Below are positions 1-12,600 of a stretch of DNA of 64,000 nt, piece by piece; the first letter of the stretch is position 1, and every line of letters starts with the position of its first letter. The notes under the pieces are model-generated. The model did no database searches, was not told the origin of the DNA, and saw only the letters and a list, made by a program, of their open reading frames with translations. This DNA comes from Eledone cirrhosa. Lineage: Eukaryota. The position numbers and the translations under genes were made by a program. The stretch covers positions 69,316,001 to 69,380,000 of the forward strand of contig OZ024747.1 in assembly GCA_964016885.1 (NCBI GenBank). The letters are read 5' to 3'.

Positions 1-98
1 GCCTTTCATCCTTACGGGGTCGATAAAATAAAGTACCAGTAATACACTGGGTAATTGCTGGCCTTGTGCCAAAAGTAGAAACAATTATTATTATTATT
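1..98 (+). mobile_element. 3' part of a tRNA-derived SINE (main family of this window)
   Basis: gcctttcatccttacggggtcgataaaataaagtaccagt...agtagaaacaa followed by an (att)n tail; the same block recurs at ~14057, 33400, 40283, 52311, 52734 and inverted at 42375. Confidence 0.85.
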
Positions 99-1253
99 TT
101 GATTAGCAGAATCGTTAGAGAGTGTCGAACCAAAAGATTTACTTTATCTAATGATGACTTTTTCTTTATGCCATGAGTTCAAATTTCACAGAGATAAATT
201 TTGCTTTTCTTCCTCTCAGTGCGTGGGGTGGGTGTTGGTGGGGGGGGGGGGGTCGATTAGATAAAATATATTCTAAATTAGAAGCCTTGTGCCTGCATCA
301 GAAATCATTGTTCTCACTGTCTTGGTCGGAGAATTCAATTGCTTCACTTTTATGACATTAAATAATTTCTCTTAAATTTCATCCAGATTTTCCTTGAAAC
401 TATAGTTTAGCTAATTAATACAGTTGGTGGATGTAAAATCGCTATTATTTATTTCTTAATACGAAAATTATGAAGAATTCTTTGTAAGTTTTATCAAGCA
501 GCTCAGCTGTAATATATAGTTACGACACATTATATTCTGAGTTGAAATGAAAAGTGTGGGATTTTCTTTCATCCTTTGAGTGGGTCGGGGAACATGAAGT
601 GAGTGTTAAATATTAGAGTCCCTATAATAATCGACTAGAGTCAGTTATCTAAATTTGGGTCCCTCTATCAGCGTAAGAAATCAATAATTCAAACCCTAAT
701 AGTTTGGCCAAATTTCCATGTGCACACACACACACACATGCATGTGCACATACACATACATGCATGCACACACATGCACAAACACGCGTGAGCATACGCA
801 CACATACATTCACAAGCACAAAATGTCACACAGAGGCGCCTCCTAAAGAATATATATAAAGTGCATTGAGCACGAAACGATTGGTACTCGAGTTATTTGT
901 ATATCTTTGCAGTTATAGTACATACGCACACACACACATACACATATATATGTGTGTGTGTGTGTATGTACATATATAAATACATATGAGGGGATGTATG
1001 TGTGCGTAAGTATGTACGTATATGTGTAGAAGTGTGTGTTACACACGTGTTAACAATACACACACACTCACATATTCATTTTAAAAAGAACAACAAAAAA
1101 CGACTACCAAGTGACGACGGCTTTGTGCATCATGATGTCTTAACTGCGCCAGTGCACATGTGCTGACAGATATTTGTGTAACGTAATATTGATTATATAG
1201 ATACGTAATATTTATATATACATCTATGTATGCATACATATATATTTTAATGA

Positions 1254-1599
1254 TTCTTTAGGTACCACTTTAGAAGGAGAATCAGAATGGAGAGAGAGGT
1301 ACTGCACCCCAGTAAATTTACTGAAAGGTGGATGAATGTGGCAAAAATGGCCCGAGTGATTGGGCCTTCCCTGTATATAAACTGTATATAAACCTGTAGC
1401 AAAAGGAAGAAAGGAGCAGCCGCACAACATGCTCCTGAAGTTGAGGGTTGTTCTATCTACGAGGTATAAAACAACCCATTTGTAACGCCTCGCCCCTATT
1501 GGGTATTTCGATCGTTGAATTCGTTTGTTAAAAATCCCCGCCATATGTCTTTGTATTGTCCTCTTTTCTTGTGCGCCCTTGTGGCAAATAAAAAAAAAA
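1254..1599 (+). mobile_element. 5'-truncated LINE 3' end (Tx1/L1-like ORF2 C-terminus, 3' UTR, poly-A)
   Basis: Frame 1254-1391 reads FFRYHFRRRIRMEREVLHPSKFTERWMNVAKMARV...stop (the F..RW terminus typical of Tx1/L1 ORF2). The UTR has a gggttgtt/aacaaccc hairpin, then aataaa and an A-run ending at 1599. Confidence 0.6.
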
Positions 1600-1635
1600 T
1601 ATATTTTAATTATTCTTCTATCTATTTATCTACCT

Positions 1636-1696
1636 ACCGTTCGGATCTAGCTGTCGAAACGGTCGGAGCTCAGCCGTCGGGGTCCTGAATCTTTTC
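1636..1696 (+). repeat. Single-arm copy of the half-hammerhead repeat family
   Basis: gatctagctgtcgaaacggtcggagctcagccgtcggggtcctga matches the arms at 6670-6720, 20442-20496 and 38237-38290; ends in (TA)n. Confidence 0.75.
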
Positions 1697-1731
<35 letters not shown>

Positions 1732-1732
<1 letters not shown>

Positions 1733-2056
1733 GGCCGGATTTACCAATAAGTCTATTTGGCCATTGGCCTAGGGACCACGGATATTTGCGTGCCAACGTA
1801 TGACCTTGTTCCAAATGCAAACCGAGTATTTCATTATGTAATTATATATAAAACCATAAGGGCCACTGTACAACAGTTCAAGTTCTCAAGTGGACCACGG
1901 ATTTAGGCTATATAGTAAAATGATATGCAGCATTTGTTGACATTTGGCCATTGCAAAAAAAAAAAAAAAAAAAAAAAAAATCACAGAGACACACACATTG
2001 GATACTTTAGGGGACGACTAGTGAGTTTAGGCTAAGGCCCATTAGTAGGTAAATCC

Positions 2057-2060
<4 letters not shown>
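1732..2060. mobile_element. MITE with GC-rich terminal inverted repeats (hAT-like)
   Basis: Left end gggccggatttacc, right end ggtaaatcctgcc (imperfect inverted pair); no ORF; TSD hidden by microsatellites. Confidence 0.5.
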
Positions 2061-2119
<59 letters not shown>

Positions 2120-2344
2120 AAGGTAGAGAGAGAGAGAGAGAGATAGGGGAGGGGGGAGAGAGAGAGCGAACGAGAGAGAAAGTGTGTGTGTGTCAGGTTA
2201 AGAGGTGCGTACTCTGACCATCACCCACACACTAAAGGAACGACACACTAACCATATTGTTATATAGACATACGTAAATATGGGAGTTCAACCTAGAGAA
2301 ACAATATCTATTTACTTACGTCTGTATATATATATATATATTTA

Positions 2345-2410
<66 letters not shown>

Positions 2411-2458
2411 TTTATATGTATGCATGCATATATATATATATACATTTATATGTATGTA

Positions 2459-2497
<39 letters not shown>

Positions 2498-2522
2498 GCT
2501 TACACACATATATATATATATA

Positions 2523-3999
2523 CTAGCATTAAAGCCCGGCGTTGCTCGGGGTCATTAAGTTACCAAAGTTAGGTTGCACCACCCATTTTATGGCAGCACT
2601 TTTTTGTCTGCCAGGCACTGGGTGAATGAATTGCAGACCTTGAAGCAGGAGCTGCGCCAGCAGTGACAATTGTAGTTTCGCCTATGGATATTATCTCTGT
2701 GCAAAAAAGTGTTGAAATTTATTGTTTCACAGTACTTGCACAACACGCGCGTAGACGATGCCAGCCGAACAACAGAGCTGCGATGTAGTTGTTCTGCATG
2801 GTTGTCTGTGTGTTTTCTAAATTTAAGACAGTAGGGAGGGTTGTGATATGAGGGAGAGTTAGCTGTTGTTTCTAGCAGGTTTAGTGACCTCATAGAAGAT
2901 ATGTTTTCTAAATTTAAGACAGTAGGGAGGGGTGTGATATGGGGGAGAGTTAGCTGCTGTTTCTAGCAGGTTTAGTAACCTCATAGAGGATATGTGTTTT
3001 CTAAATTTAAGACAGTAAGGAGTGGTGTGATATGGGGGGAGAGTTAGCTGCTGTTTCTAGCAGGTTTAGTGACCTCATAGAAGATATGTTTTCTAAATTT
3101 AAGACAGTAGGGAGGGGTGTGGTATGGGGGAGAGTTAGCTGCTGTTTCTAGCAGGTTTAGTGACATCATAGAGGATATTATTGTTTATCATTATCTATAA
3201 AAGGCAGATTGTTGTTGTTGTGTGTGTGCACATGTTCCATGTTTATACATTTGCACAATTTCAAACCGATTCGACTCAAAGTCTATAAGAATTCACGTTC
3301 GTTGAGAGGTTTTAAAAAAGATTTATCGCTTGTTGTTGAATAAATGTATCTGTTGCTTTTGAATAATTGTCGTTTCGTATGAAATGTAATAATTGTTTCT
3401 ACTTTTTTTTGTGGTTATAAATCCCGCACGTTGTTTAATTGCTTTAAATTTTTGTTGATCAATTTATGTGAGTGTGTGTTTGTATGTGTTTGTAAATAAA
3501 TCATTAAGTTTGAAGCAACTAAAAGTTAGTGTGGTTATAAATCACGCACGTTGTTTAATTGCTCTAAATGTTTTTTTATCATTTGAAGTGAGTGTGTGTT
3601 TGTATGCGTTTGGAAATAAATCAGTAAGTTTGAAGTATAAAAGAGAAAGTAGCAAAATGTGTGGGTTGTAGATAGAGGTAGGCAGATGATATGAGAGAGT
3701 AAAACGGACAGTATCACCATCAAGCTTGGAAAGAGAAAGTAGCAGAAAGTATGAAGTTGTATAGATTTTGAATGGTGATGGAAAGAGTTTAGCAGTTTAA
3801 ATGAGAGAGAAAAATCGTAAAATATTGAGTTTTATCTATCTTTTTAGTAATTGTGGGTGAAATTGAAAAAATTATATGTGCCAAGACGCAATCGAAGCTA
3901 TTTCGAATACTGAATTGTAAATTTCAATTGAAGAAATTTAATATCGTAGATTTCTATAACAAAGGAGCATGTCCATACACTGAGCTTTATAGATTATGA
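2523..3999 (-). mobile_element. Non-autonomous Helitron
   Basis: On the minus strand it starts A|TC at 3999 and ends with the GC hairpin cccgagcaacgccggg about 7 nt before CTAG|T at 2523. These are canonical Helitron termini in an AT target; internal tandem repeats, no Rep/helicase ORF. Confidence 0.7.
2811..3177. repeat. Four tandem units of 91-93 bp inside the Helitron
   Basis: Unit tgttttctaaatttaagacagtaggg...tttctagcaggtttagtgacctcatagaagata starts at 2811, 2902, 2995 and 3087. Confidence 0.95.
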
Positions 4000-4072
4000 T
4001 ATATATATATACTTACATACATATGTATATATATACATATGTATGTAGGTATATATATATATATATATATAT

Positions 4073-4208
4073 ATTTATTAAAATAACAGATTAAAGTTTA
4101 AGCAAAGAATCGCTGCTTTCACCCTTAACAGTTCTTATATATTTGATATATATTTATCCTTATCGCGCCCTCTTTGGATTTTAGTCTTCAAATTTATTAT
4201 TATTACTA
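4073..4208. mobile_element. Composite remnant of Penelope-like terminal repeat ends (segments A and B) in (TA)n
   Basis: Segment A (ttattaaaataacagattaaagtttaagcaaagaatcgctgctttcacccttaac) equals the terminus of the Penelope element at 59965-60021. Segment B (ccttatcgcgccctctttggattttagtcttcaaatttatt) recurs inverted at 20603 and 28930. Confidence 0.7.
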
Positions 4209-4216
4209 TATATATA

Positions 4217-4311
4217 TCATAATCTATAAAGCTCAGTGTGTGGACATGCTCCTTTGTTATAGAAATCTACGATATAGAATTTCTTCAATTGAAATTTACA
4301 ATTCAGTATTC
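4217..4311 (+). mobile_element. Second Helitron 5' end, inverted relative to 3905-3999
   Basis: tcataatctataaagctcag...caattcagtattc is the reverse complement of 3905-3999 with a few substitutions. Confidence 0.8.
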
Positions 4312-4372
4312 TGGCCAAAACCTATCAAAGTTATATATATATTTTAAACTGTTGACTTACACCTCCCCCCTC

Positions 4373-4454
<82 letters not shown>

Positions 4455-4748
4455 ATATATATATAAAGAGGTGTAAGTTAACAGTTTAAAATTAACTCCG
4501 TTTACTCATATTAACTGTTATATAAATATATATTTCGGTGATAACCATTATTCAACAGCTATGACCACATCAGACAGTTAGAACTTGAACAGAAAAAACA
4601 GAAAAATATGTTATTTCGATCTTTTGATATGCCCAGTCCCGAAGTATGGCGTTGTTTTCTCAAAGAACTGGTGGCATACATCCGATATATATCCGTCTGT
4701 CTATCATTTTGTATGTCTATTTACCTACTTACCTACCTCCCAACACAG

Positions 4749-4796
<48 letters not shown>

Positions 4797-5435
4797 ATAT
4801 CTATCTATCTATCTATCTATCTTATCTATCTCTCTATCTATCTGTCTATCTATCTATCCGTCTGTTTATTTGTCTATTTATGTATATTTACCAATGTATC
4901 TATCTTCGGACAAGAACATTTGTAGCATTAAAGCACAAATCACAAGAGCAGTTAGAAAGTAGATAGATTGATATATAGGTAGGTTAAAGTAATAGTAATT
5001 TAATGGATATGTGTATGATAATGGTTACAGAAAATTTAGATAAAGTTATTTTAATTGATAAAAATGAATGTAAAATGATATAATGCGATGGCTGGAGACA
5101 CAAGAGAAAACTCTAGGAATTAAGTGGCTTTACACAGAATGATAGAATTATCTTTTATTCTATACTTTGTCAAAGTTGACGGGTACTATGGTAGTATATA
5201 ATATATATGCGTGGATATTTTATTTGTTTGACCCGAATTACTTGGTCGTTTCTATGGCTGTGCGGATAATGGTTTAACCATCGTCTCCGTGTGTTTGGCC
5301 TTTTAACTTATGTTGTTGCTCTAGTTCACTAGCTTCTATGGAGCGCTTGCCACACATCTCGGAAGTTGTTTTTCGCTAATTTCCAATAGCCGAAATACGA
5401 TTGTCGCTAATTTATATTTATATATATATATATAT

Positions 5436-5916
5436 TGTTATACTTTGGGAGGGTCATGTTGCCAATAAGAAACACATGCACCAGTTGCTTTCACTTCAAT
5501 TTATTATAATAAATTTATAATAAATTTATAAATTTATAAATTTCTGGTTGGTTGGTTGGTTCCACAACCAGATAGTTGTTTATATATTGTCATAGTTCTT
5601 TCGTCACACACTCTGTGACCTCTTCAGTGACTGTGGATTCCTTTCTTTGTTTCTGTGCCTCTCCTTTGTTCTGTCCTACGCCATTTTGTTTCTGTGTGTG
5701 TGTTGTGTGCTCAGTCTGCGCATGCGCCACATCCGGGTGTCTGTGTGTTTTTATGTTCATTTATTTATTTGTTTATTTACATGTTACTGGTTGGTTGTTT
5801 GTTCTATGTGTGTGTGTTTTCATTTTGTCCTTAATTGTAAGTTGTGATGTTGCTGTTCCACTCATATTTTCTATTTAATTTTGGTTGTAATTATTTTATG
5901 TTTATTGCCTCTGTGA
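5436..5916 (+). repeat. Dispersed repeat starting tgttatact(t)gggagggtcat (class uncertain, possibly LTR-like)
   Basis: Shared start and internal ctttcgtcacaca..tgacctcttca block with inverted copies at ~26349-26927 and ~29700-30056. Confidence 0.55.
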
Positions 5917-6002
5917 AATCACAGAGGCAATAAACATAAAATAATTACAACCAAAATTAAATAGAAAATATGAGTGGAACAGCAACATCACAACTTACAA
6001 TT
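5833..6002. repeat. Perfect palindrome, 84-bp arms, 2-nt spacer
   Basis: aattgtaagttgtg...gcctctgtga AA tcacagaggc...cacaacttacaatt, centred at 5917-5918. Confidence 0.95.
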
Positions 6003-6350
6003 CACATGACCTCTACCGACCAATCAAAATTGTTTTGACCACAAGAATTTTTGCAACACCAAACCGCTGGAGCCACTTTTTTAACATAAAAACAGGTAGA
6101 ATTCCCCAAACTAATCAGATCAGAGCAAACAACACGGACACTCTATCTCAAAATTATTTTTGAAAAGCATTTAGAAATGCGCAACCGGTAAAAACTTAAA
6201 AACTTAAAACCACAACTGAATACTAACCCATACAATCACTAATACTCTTTTATTCCTAATTAAACCATTTTTCAACTGTGAACAATTTGTCACCATTTTC
6301 TATTCCGTTTACCAATATATAATAACTTGTGTGTTACACCTCTATTCTTT

Positions 6351-6517
<167 letters not shown>

Positions 6518-6525
6518 TGTATAGA

Positions 6526-6726
6526 CAAAGAAAGTGTGGTAAGAAACCAGAAGGACCATAACGCACCAGAGTACTCGATACTTAGGGTAGTAGAGTGGGT
6601 AATAGTAAAAGAGTCAGGCCCCCGACGGCTTAACTATGGCCGTTTCGACAGCTAGATCCAGACAGTTCGAATCTAGCTGTCGAAACGGCCGGAGCTCAGC
6701 CATTGGGTTTCCTGACTCTTTCCCTA
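6526..6726 (-). mobile_element. Palindromic half-hammerhead element (diverged copy)
   Basis: Inverted arms 6603-6726 around agacagttc, plus a tail (6526-6602) matching 20497-20574 in reverse; flanked by (TA)n. Confidence 0.8.
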
Positions 6727-6733
6727 TATACTG

Positions 6734-6782
<49 letters not shown>

Positions 6783-6806
6783 TCACATGTGTGTGTTCAT
6801 ATATAT

Positions 6807-6904
6807 GAAACAATTGTTCCCGGTATGGTGAACTAACTGTTGTGTAACCACTTCTACCTAACTCGTCCCATGGACTGAGTGCTCTAACACTACCTTCCAC
6901 CACT
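6807..6904 (+). mobile_element. 3' fragment of the Penelope terminal repeat seen at 50590-50703
   Basis: gaaacaattgttcccggtatggtgaactaactgttgtgtaaccacttctacctaactcgtcccatggactgagtgctcta; begins at the GAAA of the hammerhead core. Confidence 0.85.
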
Positions 6905-6945
6905 ATGTATATTATATATATATATATGCACATGTGTGTGTGTGC

Positions 6946-6976
<31 letters not shown>

Positions 6977-7289
6977 CGCACACACACACATATATATATA
7001 TAGATAGAGAGACATACATATATATATAATGTAACAACAAAATATTCAAAACTTGGTGGTTGTTTCTAATTGAAACATGGAATATTGAAGGCGGTCAGCT
7101 AATATACTATTGCAAATGTGTTTGAAAGAATGTCCCTATGGTTAGCGAGAGAAGAAGAGCCACTGCAGTAGCATGCAGGACTAGTGGAAACAGACAGGTG
7201 AAATAATACACACTAGTGTCGCCATTACTGAGATAGCTTACTTATGAAACATCGCTAACGAAATGCGAGCCTGGCCAGCAGTGTTGATG

Positions 7290-7739
7290 AGGGATAGCGG
7301 TGGTGGGAGGTGGGGTGGAGATATTGGGGGGGGGTGGAATTGGTGGTGCAATTGGCGGTGGACGTGGTGGTGGGTGGGGGGAGATTGGTGTTGGTGGTGC
7401 AATTGGCGGTGGTGGTGGTGGTGGTGGGGGGATTGGTGTTGGTGGTGGTGGTGGTGAGGGGGGGGATTGGTGGTGGTGGTGGTGGAATTGGTGGTGGTGG
7501 TGGTGGTGGTGGTGGTGGTGGTGTTGGTGGTGGCGGTGGTGTTGGTGTTGGGGGTGGTGTTTTTGGTGGAGGTGGTGGTGGTGTTGTTGGTGGTGTTGGT
7601 GGAGATGGTGGTGGTAGTGTTGTTGTTGTTGTTGTTGTTGGTGGTGGTGGTGTTGGTGGAGGTGGTGGTGGTAGTAGTGTTGTTGTTGTTGGTGGTGATA
7701 GTAGTGTTGTTGCTGGAGGTGGTGGTGGTGGTGGATATG

Positions 7740-7770
<31 letters not shown>

Positions 7771-9281
7771 AGGTGGTTGTGGATATGTTGTTGGTGGTGG
7801 AGGTTGGGGTTTTGGAGATGGTGGTGGTATTAGTGGTGGTACTAATGCTGGTAGTGGTTGTGGTGGTGGTGGTGTTGATGTTGGTGGTGGTACTAATGCT
7901 GGTAGTAGTGGTGGTGGTGGTGGTGGTGGTGTTGATGTTGGTGTTGGTGTTGGTGGTGGTACTAATGATGGTAGTAGTGGTGGTGGTGGTGGTGTTGGTG
8001 GTGGTACTAATGCTGGTAGTGGTTGTGGTGGTGGTGGTGTTGGTGGTATTGGTGGTGGTACTAATGCTGGTAGTGGTTGTGGTGGTGTTGGTGTTGGTGG
8101 TGGTGGTGGTACTAATGATGGTAGTAGTGGTGGTGGTGTTGGTGTTGGTGGTGGTACTAATGCTGGTAGTGGTTGTGGTGGTGGTGGTGTTGGTGGTGGT
8201 GGTGGTACTAATGATGGTAGTAGTGGTGGTGGTGTTGGTGTTGGTGGTGGTACTAATGCTGGTAGTGGTTGTGGTGGTGGTGGTGTTGGTGGTATTGGTG
8301 GTGGTACTAATGCTGGTAGTGGTTGTGGTGGTGTTGGTGTTGGTGGTGGTGGTGGTACTAATGATAGTAGTAGTGGTGGTGGTGGTGGTGTTGGTGGTGG
8401 TGGTGGTACTAATGATGGTAGTAGTGGTGGTGGTGGTGGTGTTGGTGTTGGTGGTGGTGGTAGTGGTGGTGGTGTTGGTGGTTGTGGTGGTTGTAGTGGT
8501 GGTTGTGGTGGTGGTTGTGGTGATGATGGTGGTACTAGTGGTGGTGATGGTGGTTGTGGGGGAGATGGTGATGGTTGTGGTGGAGGTGGCGGTGGTTGTG
8601 GTGGTTGTTTTGACGATGGTGGTGGTTGTGGTGGTCGTATTTGTGGTGTCAGTGATAATGGTGGAATTCTGTTGCTGTTGGTGGCAGTAGGGGGTGTTAT
8701 GGATGGTGGAAGTGTTGGTGGTGGGGGCACATGTGGTGGCGGTGTTGTTGTTGGTGGTACTAGTGGTGATGATAGTGGTGGAGGAGGTGGTGGTGCTACT
8801 TGTGATATCAGTGATAATGGTGGAATTCTGTTGCTGTTGGTGGCAGTAGATGGTATTGATGGGGAGGGGGGGGGGCAGTTGGAATGGTCGGGGAGGTTTT
8901 GGTGATGGTAGTTGTGGTGAGGTTAGGGCGGTTATGGTGTTGTTATAGTCACCGTTATAAATTTAGTGTTGGACTATAGTAATAGTGGTAGAATGACGTT
9001 GATGTCGGGGGCAGTGATGGATGTAGTGGTGGATGTGGTGGTGGTGGTGGTGGGTAGTAGTAGGGGTTTTGGTGGTTGGGTGTCATGGAATTATTATCGT
9101 AGATTTAGTAGTGGATTTTAGTAGAGTAGTAGTAGTAGTAGCAATATAACTAGTAGTAGTAGCAGAACTAATAGTAGTAGTTGCATTAGTAGTAGTAGTA
9201 GTAGTAGTGGTAGTAGTAATAGTAGTATTGGTAGTATTTGTAGTAGTAGTAGTAGTAGCAGTAGTAGTAGTAGTAGTGGGT

Positions 9282-9312
<31 letters not shown>

Positions 9313-9314
9313 GT

Positions 9315-9372
<58 letters not shown>

Positions 9373-9389
9373 TGGCAGCAGCAGTAGTT

Positions 9390-9426
<37 letters not shown>

Positions 9427-9449
9427 TGGTAGTGGCAGCAGCACGAGTT

Positions 9450-9497
<48 letters not shown>

Positions 9498-9500
9498 TTG
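7290..9500. repeat. (GGT)n/(AGT)n low-complexity region with recurrent ggtactaat(g/a) minisatellite motif
   Basis: Direct inspection; triplet periodicity explains the long Gly/Val/Pro ORFs. Confidence 0.9.
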
Positions 9501-9619
9501 ATGGATTGTGGAAGTAGTGGTAGTAGCTTTGTTAGTGTATCATGGTGGTGGGGGGGGGTATCCTGGAATTAAAATCACTATCGTAGAATTGGTATTGGAT
9601 AGTAATAGTAGTTGTTGGC

Positions 9620-12600
9620 TAGTGGTAGTGGTGGCGTGGTAGTGGTGGCGTGGTAGTGGTGGCGTGGTAGTGGTGGTGTGGTAGTGGTGGTGGGGTGGTA
9701 GTGGTGGTGTAGTAGTGGTGGTGGGGTGGTAGTGGTGGTGGGGTGGTAGTGGTGGTGTAGTAGTGGTGGTGGGGTGGTAGTGGTGGTGGGGTGGTAGTGG
9801 TGGCGTGGTGTGGTAGTGGTGGTGGTGTGGTAGTGGTGGTGTAGTAGTGGTGGTGGGGTGGTAGTGGTGGCGTGGTGTGGTAGTGGTGGTGGGGTGGTAG
9901 TGGTGGTGTAGTAGTGGTGGTGGGGTGGTAGTGGTGGCGTGGTGTTATAATGAGTATCAGAGAAGAGTTACAAGTGGATTGTAGTAGTAGTGGTGGTAGT
10001 AGTAGCAGTAGCTGCAGCTGAGCAGTAGTAGTAGTAACAATAGTAGTAGTAGTAATAGTAGTAGTAGTAGCAAACGTAGTTGTAGTAGTATTAGTAGCAA
10101 TAGTAGTAGTTATAGTAGTAGTAGTAGTTACCAGAAGTAATAGTAATAGTAATAGTAATAGTAGTAGTAGTAGTAGTAGTAGTAGTAGCACTAGTAGTAT
10201 CAGCAGCACTACTACTACTAGTAGTAGTAGTAGTAATAGTAGTAGTAGTAGCAAACGTAGTTGTAGTAGTATTAGTAGTATAAGTTTGTCAAGGTAGAGA
10301 TGTACCAATCCAAATTAAAACTAACTTTCAAAAATTGTATTCTTTAGAGATTTCGGGACAGGTGTTTGGTAGAGGAATAGTGACACCACTATAATTGGTA
10401 TTTTGTGATAGTAGGGGTTGTAGTAGAGGTGGTGTGGTAGTGGTGTTGTAGTAGTGGTGGTGTGGTAGTGGTGTTGTAGTAGTGGTGGTGTGGTAATGGT
10501 GGTGTAGTAGTGGTGGTGTGGTAGTGGTGATGTGGTGGTAGTGGTGGTGTGGTAGTAGTGGTGTGGTAGTGGTGGTGTGGTAGTTGTGGTGGCGTGGTAG
10601 TGTTGGTGTGGTAGTGTTGGTGTGCTAGTGGTGGTGGTGTGGTAGTGGTGGTGTGGTAGTGGTGGTGTGGTAGTGGTGGTGTAGTAGTGGTGGTGGGGTG
10701 GTAGTGGTGGTGTGGTAATAGTGGTGGTGTGGTAGTAGTGGTGGTGTGGTAGTGGTGGTGTGGTAGTGGTGGTGTGGTAGTTGTGGTGGCGTGGTAGTGT
10801 TGGTGTGGTAGTGTTGGTGTGCTAGTGGTGGTAGTGTGGTAGTGGTGGTGTGGTAGTTGTGGTGGCGTGGTAGTGTTGGTGTGGTAGTGTTGGTGTGCTA
10901 GTGGTGGTAGTGTGGTAGTGGTGGTGTGGTAGTGGTGGTGGTGGTGGTGTGGTAGTGGTGGTGTGGTAGTGGTGGTGTGCTAGTGGTGGTGGTGTGGTAG
11001 TGGTGGTGTGGTAGTGGTGGTGGTGTGGTAGTGATGATGTGGTAGCAGTGGTGGTGTGGTAGTGGTGGTGTGGTAGTGGTGGTGTGGTAGTGGTGGTGGT
11101 GTGGTAGTGGTGGTGTGATAGTGGTGGTGTGGTAGTGGTGGTGTGGTAGTGGTGGTGTGGTAGTGGTGGTGTGGTAGTGGTTTTGTGGTAGCAGTGGTGG
11201 TGTAGTAGTGGTGGTGTGATAGTGGTGGTGTGATAGTGGTGGTGTGGTAGTGGTGGTGTGATAGTGGTCGTGTGGTAGTGGTGGTGTGGTAGTGGTGGTG
11301 TGGTAGTGGTGGTGGTGTGGTAGTGGTGGTGTGATAGTGGTGGTGTGGTAGTGGTGGTGTGGTAGTGGTGGTGTGGTAGTGGTGGTGTGGTAGTGGTTTT
11401 GTGGTAGCAGTGGTGGTGTAGTAGTGGTGGTGTGATAGTGGTGGTGTGATAGTGGTGGTGTGGTAGTGGTGGTGTGATAGTGGTCGTGTGGTAGTGGTGG
11501 TGTGATAGTGGTGGTGTGGTAGCAGTGGTGATGTGGTAGTGGTGGTGTGGTAGTAGTGGTGTGGTAGTGGTGGTGGTGTGGTAGTAGTGGTGTGGTAGCA
11601 GTGGTGGTGCGGTTGTAGTGGTGGTGTGGTAGTGGTGGTGTGGTAGATGTGTTGTGGTAGTGATGGTGTGGTAGTGGTAGTGGTGTGGTAATAGTGGTGG
11701 TGTGGTGGTGCGGTTGTAGTGGTGGTGTGGTGGTGGTGGTGGTGTGGTAGTGGTGGTGGTGTGGTAGTGGTGTGGTAGTGTGGTAGTGGTGGTGTAGTAG
11801 TGGTGGTGATGTGGTATTAGTGGTGTGGTAGTTGTAGTGGTGTAGTAGTAGTGGTGTGGTAGTTGTGGTGTGATAGTGGTGGTGTGGTAGTTGTGGTGTG
11901 GTAGTGGTGGTGTAGTAGTGGTGGTGTGGTAGTAGTGGTGTGGTAGTTGTGGTGTGGTAGTCGTGGTGTGGTAGTGGTTGTGTGGTAGTAGTGGTGGTGC
12001 GGTAGTAGTGGTGTGGTAGTGGTGGTGTGGTATTACTGGTGTGGTAGTAGTGGTGCGGTAGTAGTGGTTGTGCAGTAGTAGTGGTGGTGTGGTAGTGGTG
12101 GTGTGGTAGCAGTGGCAGTGCGGTAGTAGTGGTGGTGTGGTAGTGGTGGTGTGGTAGTGGTGGGGTGTGGTAGTAGTGGTGGTGTGATAGTGGAGGTGTG
12201 GTAGTGGTGGTGGTGTGCTAGTGGTGGTGGTGTGGTAGTAGTGGTGGTGTGGTAGTGGTGGTGGTGTGGTAGTGGTAGCGGTGTGGTAGTGGTCGTGCTG
12301 TAGTACTGGTAGTGGTGCATTACTACACCAGCATACCACACCACAACTACTACACTGCCTCTACTACATCACCACTACAACACCACCACTACTACATCAC
12401 CGCTAACACACTACCTCTGCCACACTAACACTACCACAACACCACTACAACACCACCACTACTACACCACCACTACCACTACCACACTAACACTACCGCT
12501 TCACCACTACCACACCACCACTACTACACCACCACTACCACACTACCACTACCACACTACCACATCACCACTACAACACCACCATTACTACACCACCACT

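Noticed and set aside
2811-3177. Regularly spaced repeats as a CRISPR array
   Set aside because: Units are repeated in full with no unique spacers; eukaryotic context and no cas genes
7255-8905. Long Pro-rich, Gly-rich and Val-rich ORFs (491, 531 and 407 aa)
   Set aside because: Open in several frames on both strands because (GGT)n lacks stops; no signal peptide, domain or splice evidence
10822-12339. 505-aa His/Thr/Pro ORF
   Set aside because: Translation of a simple satellite
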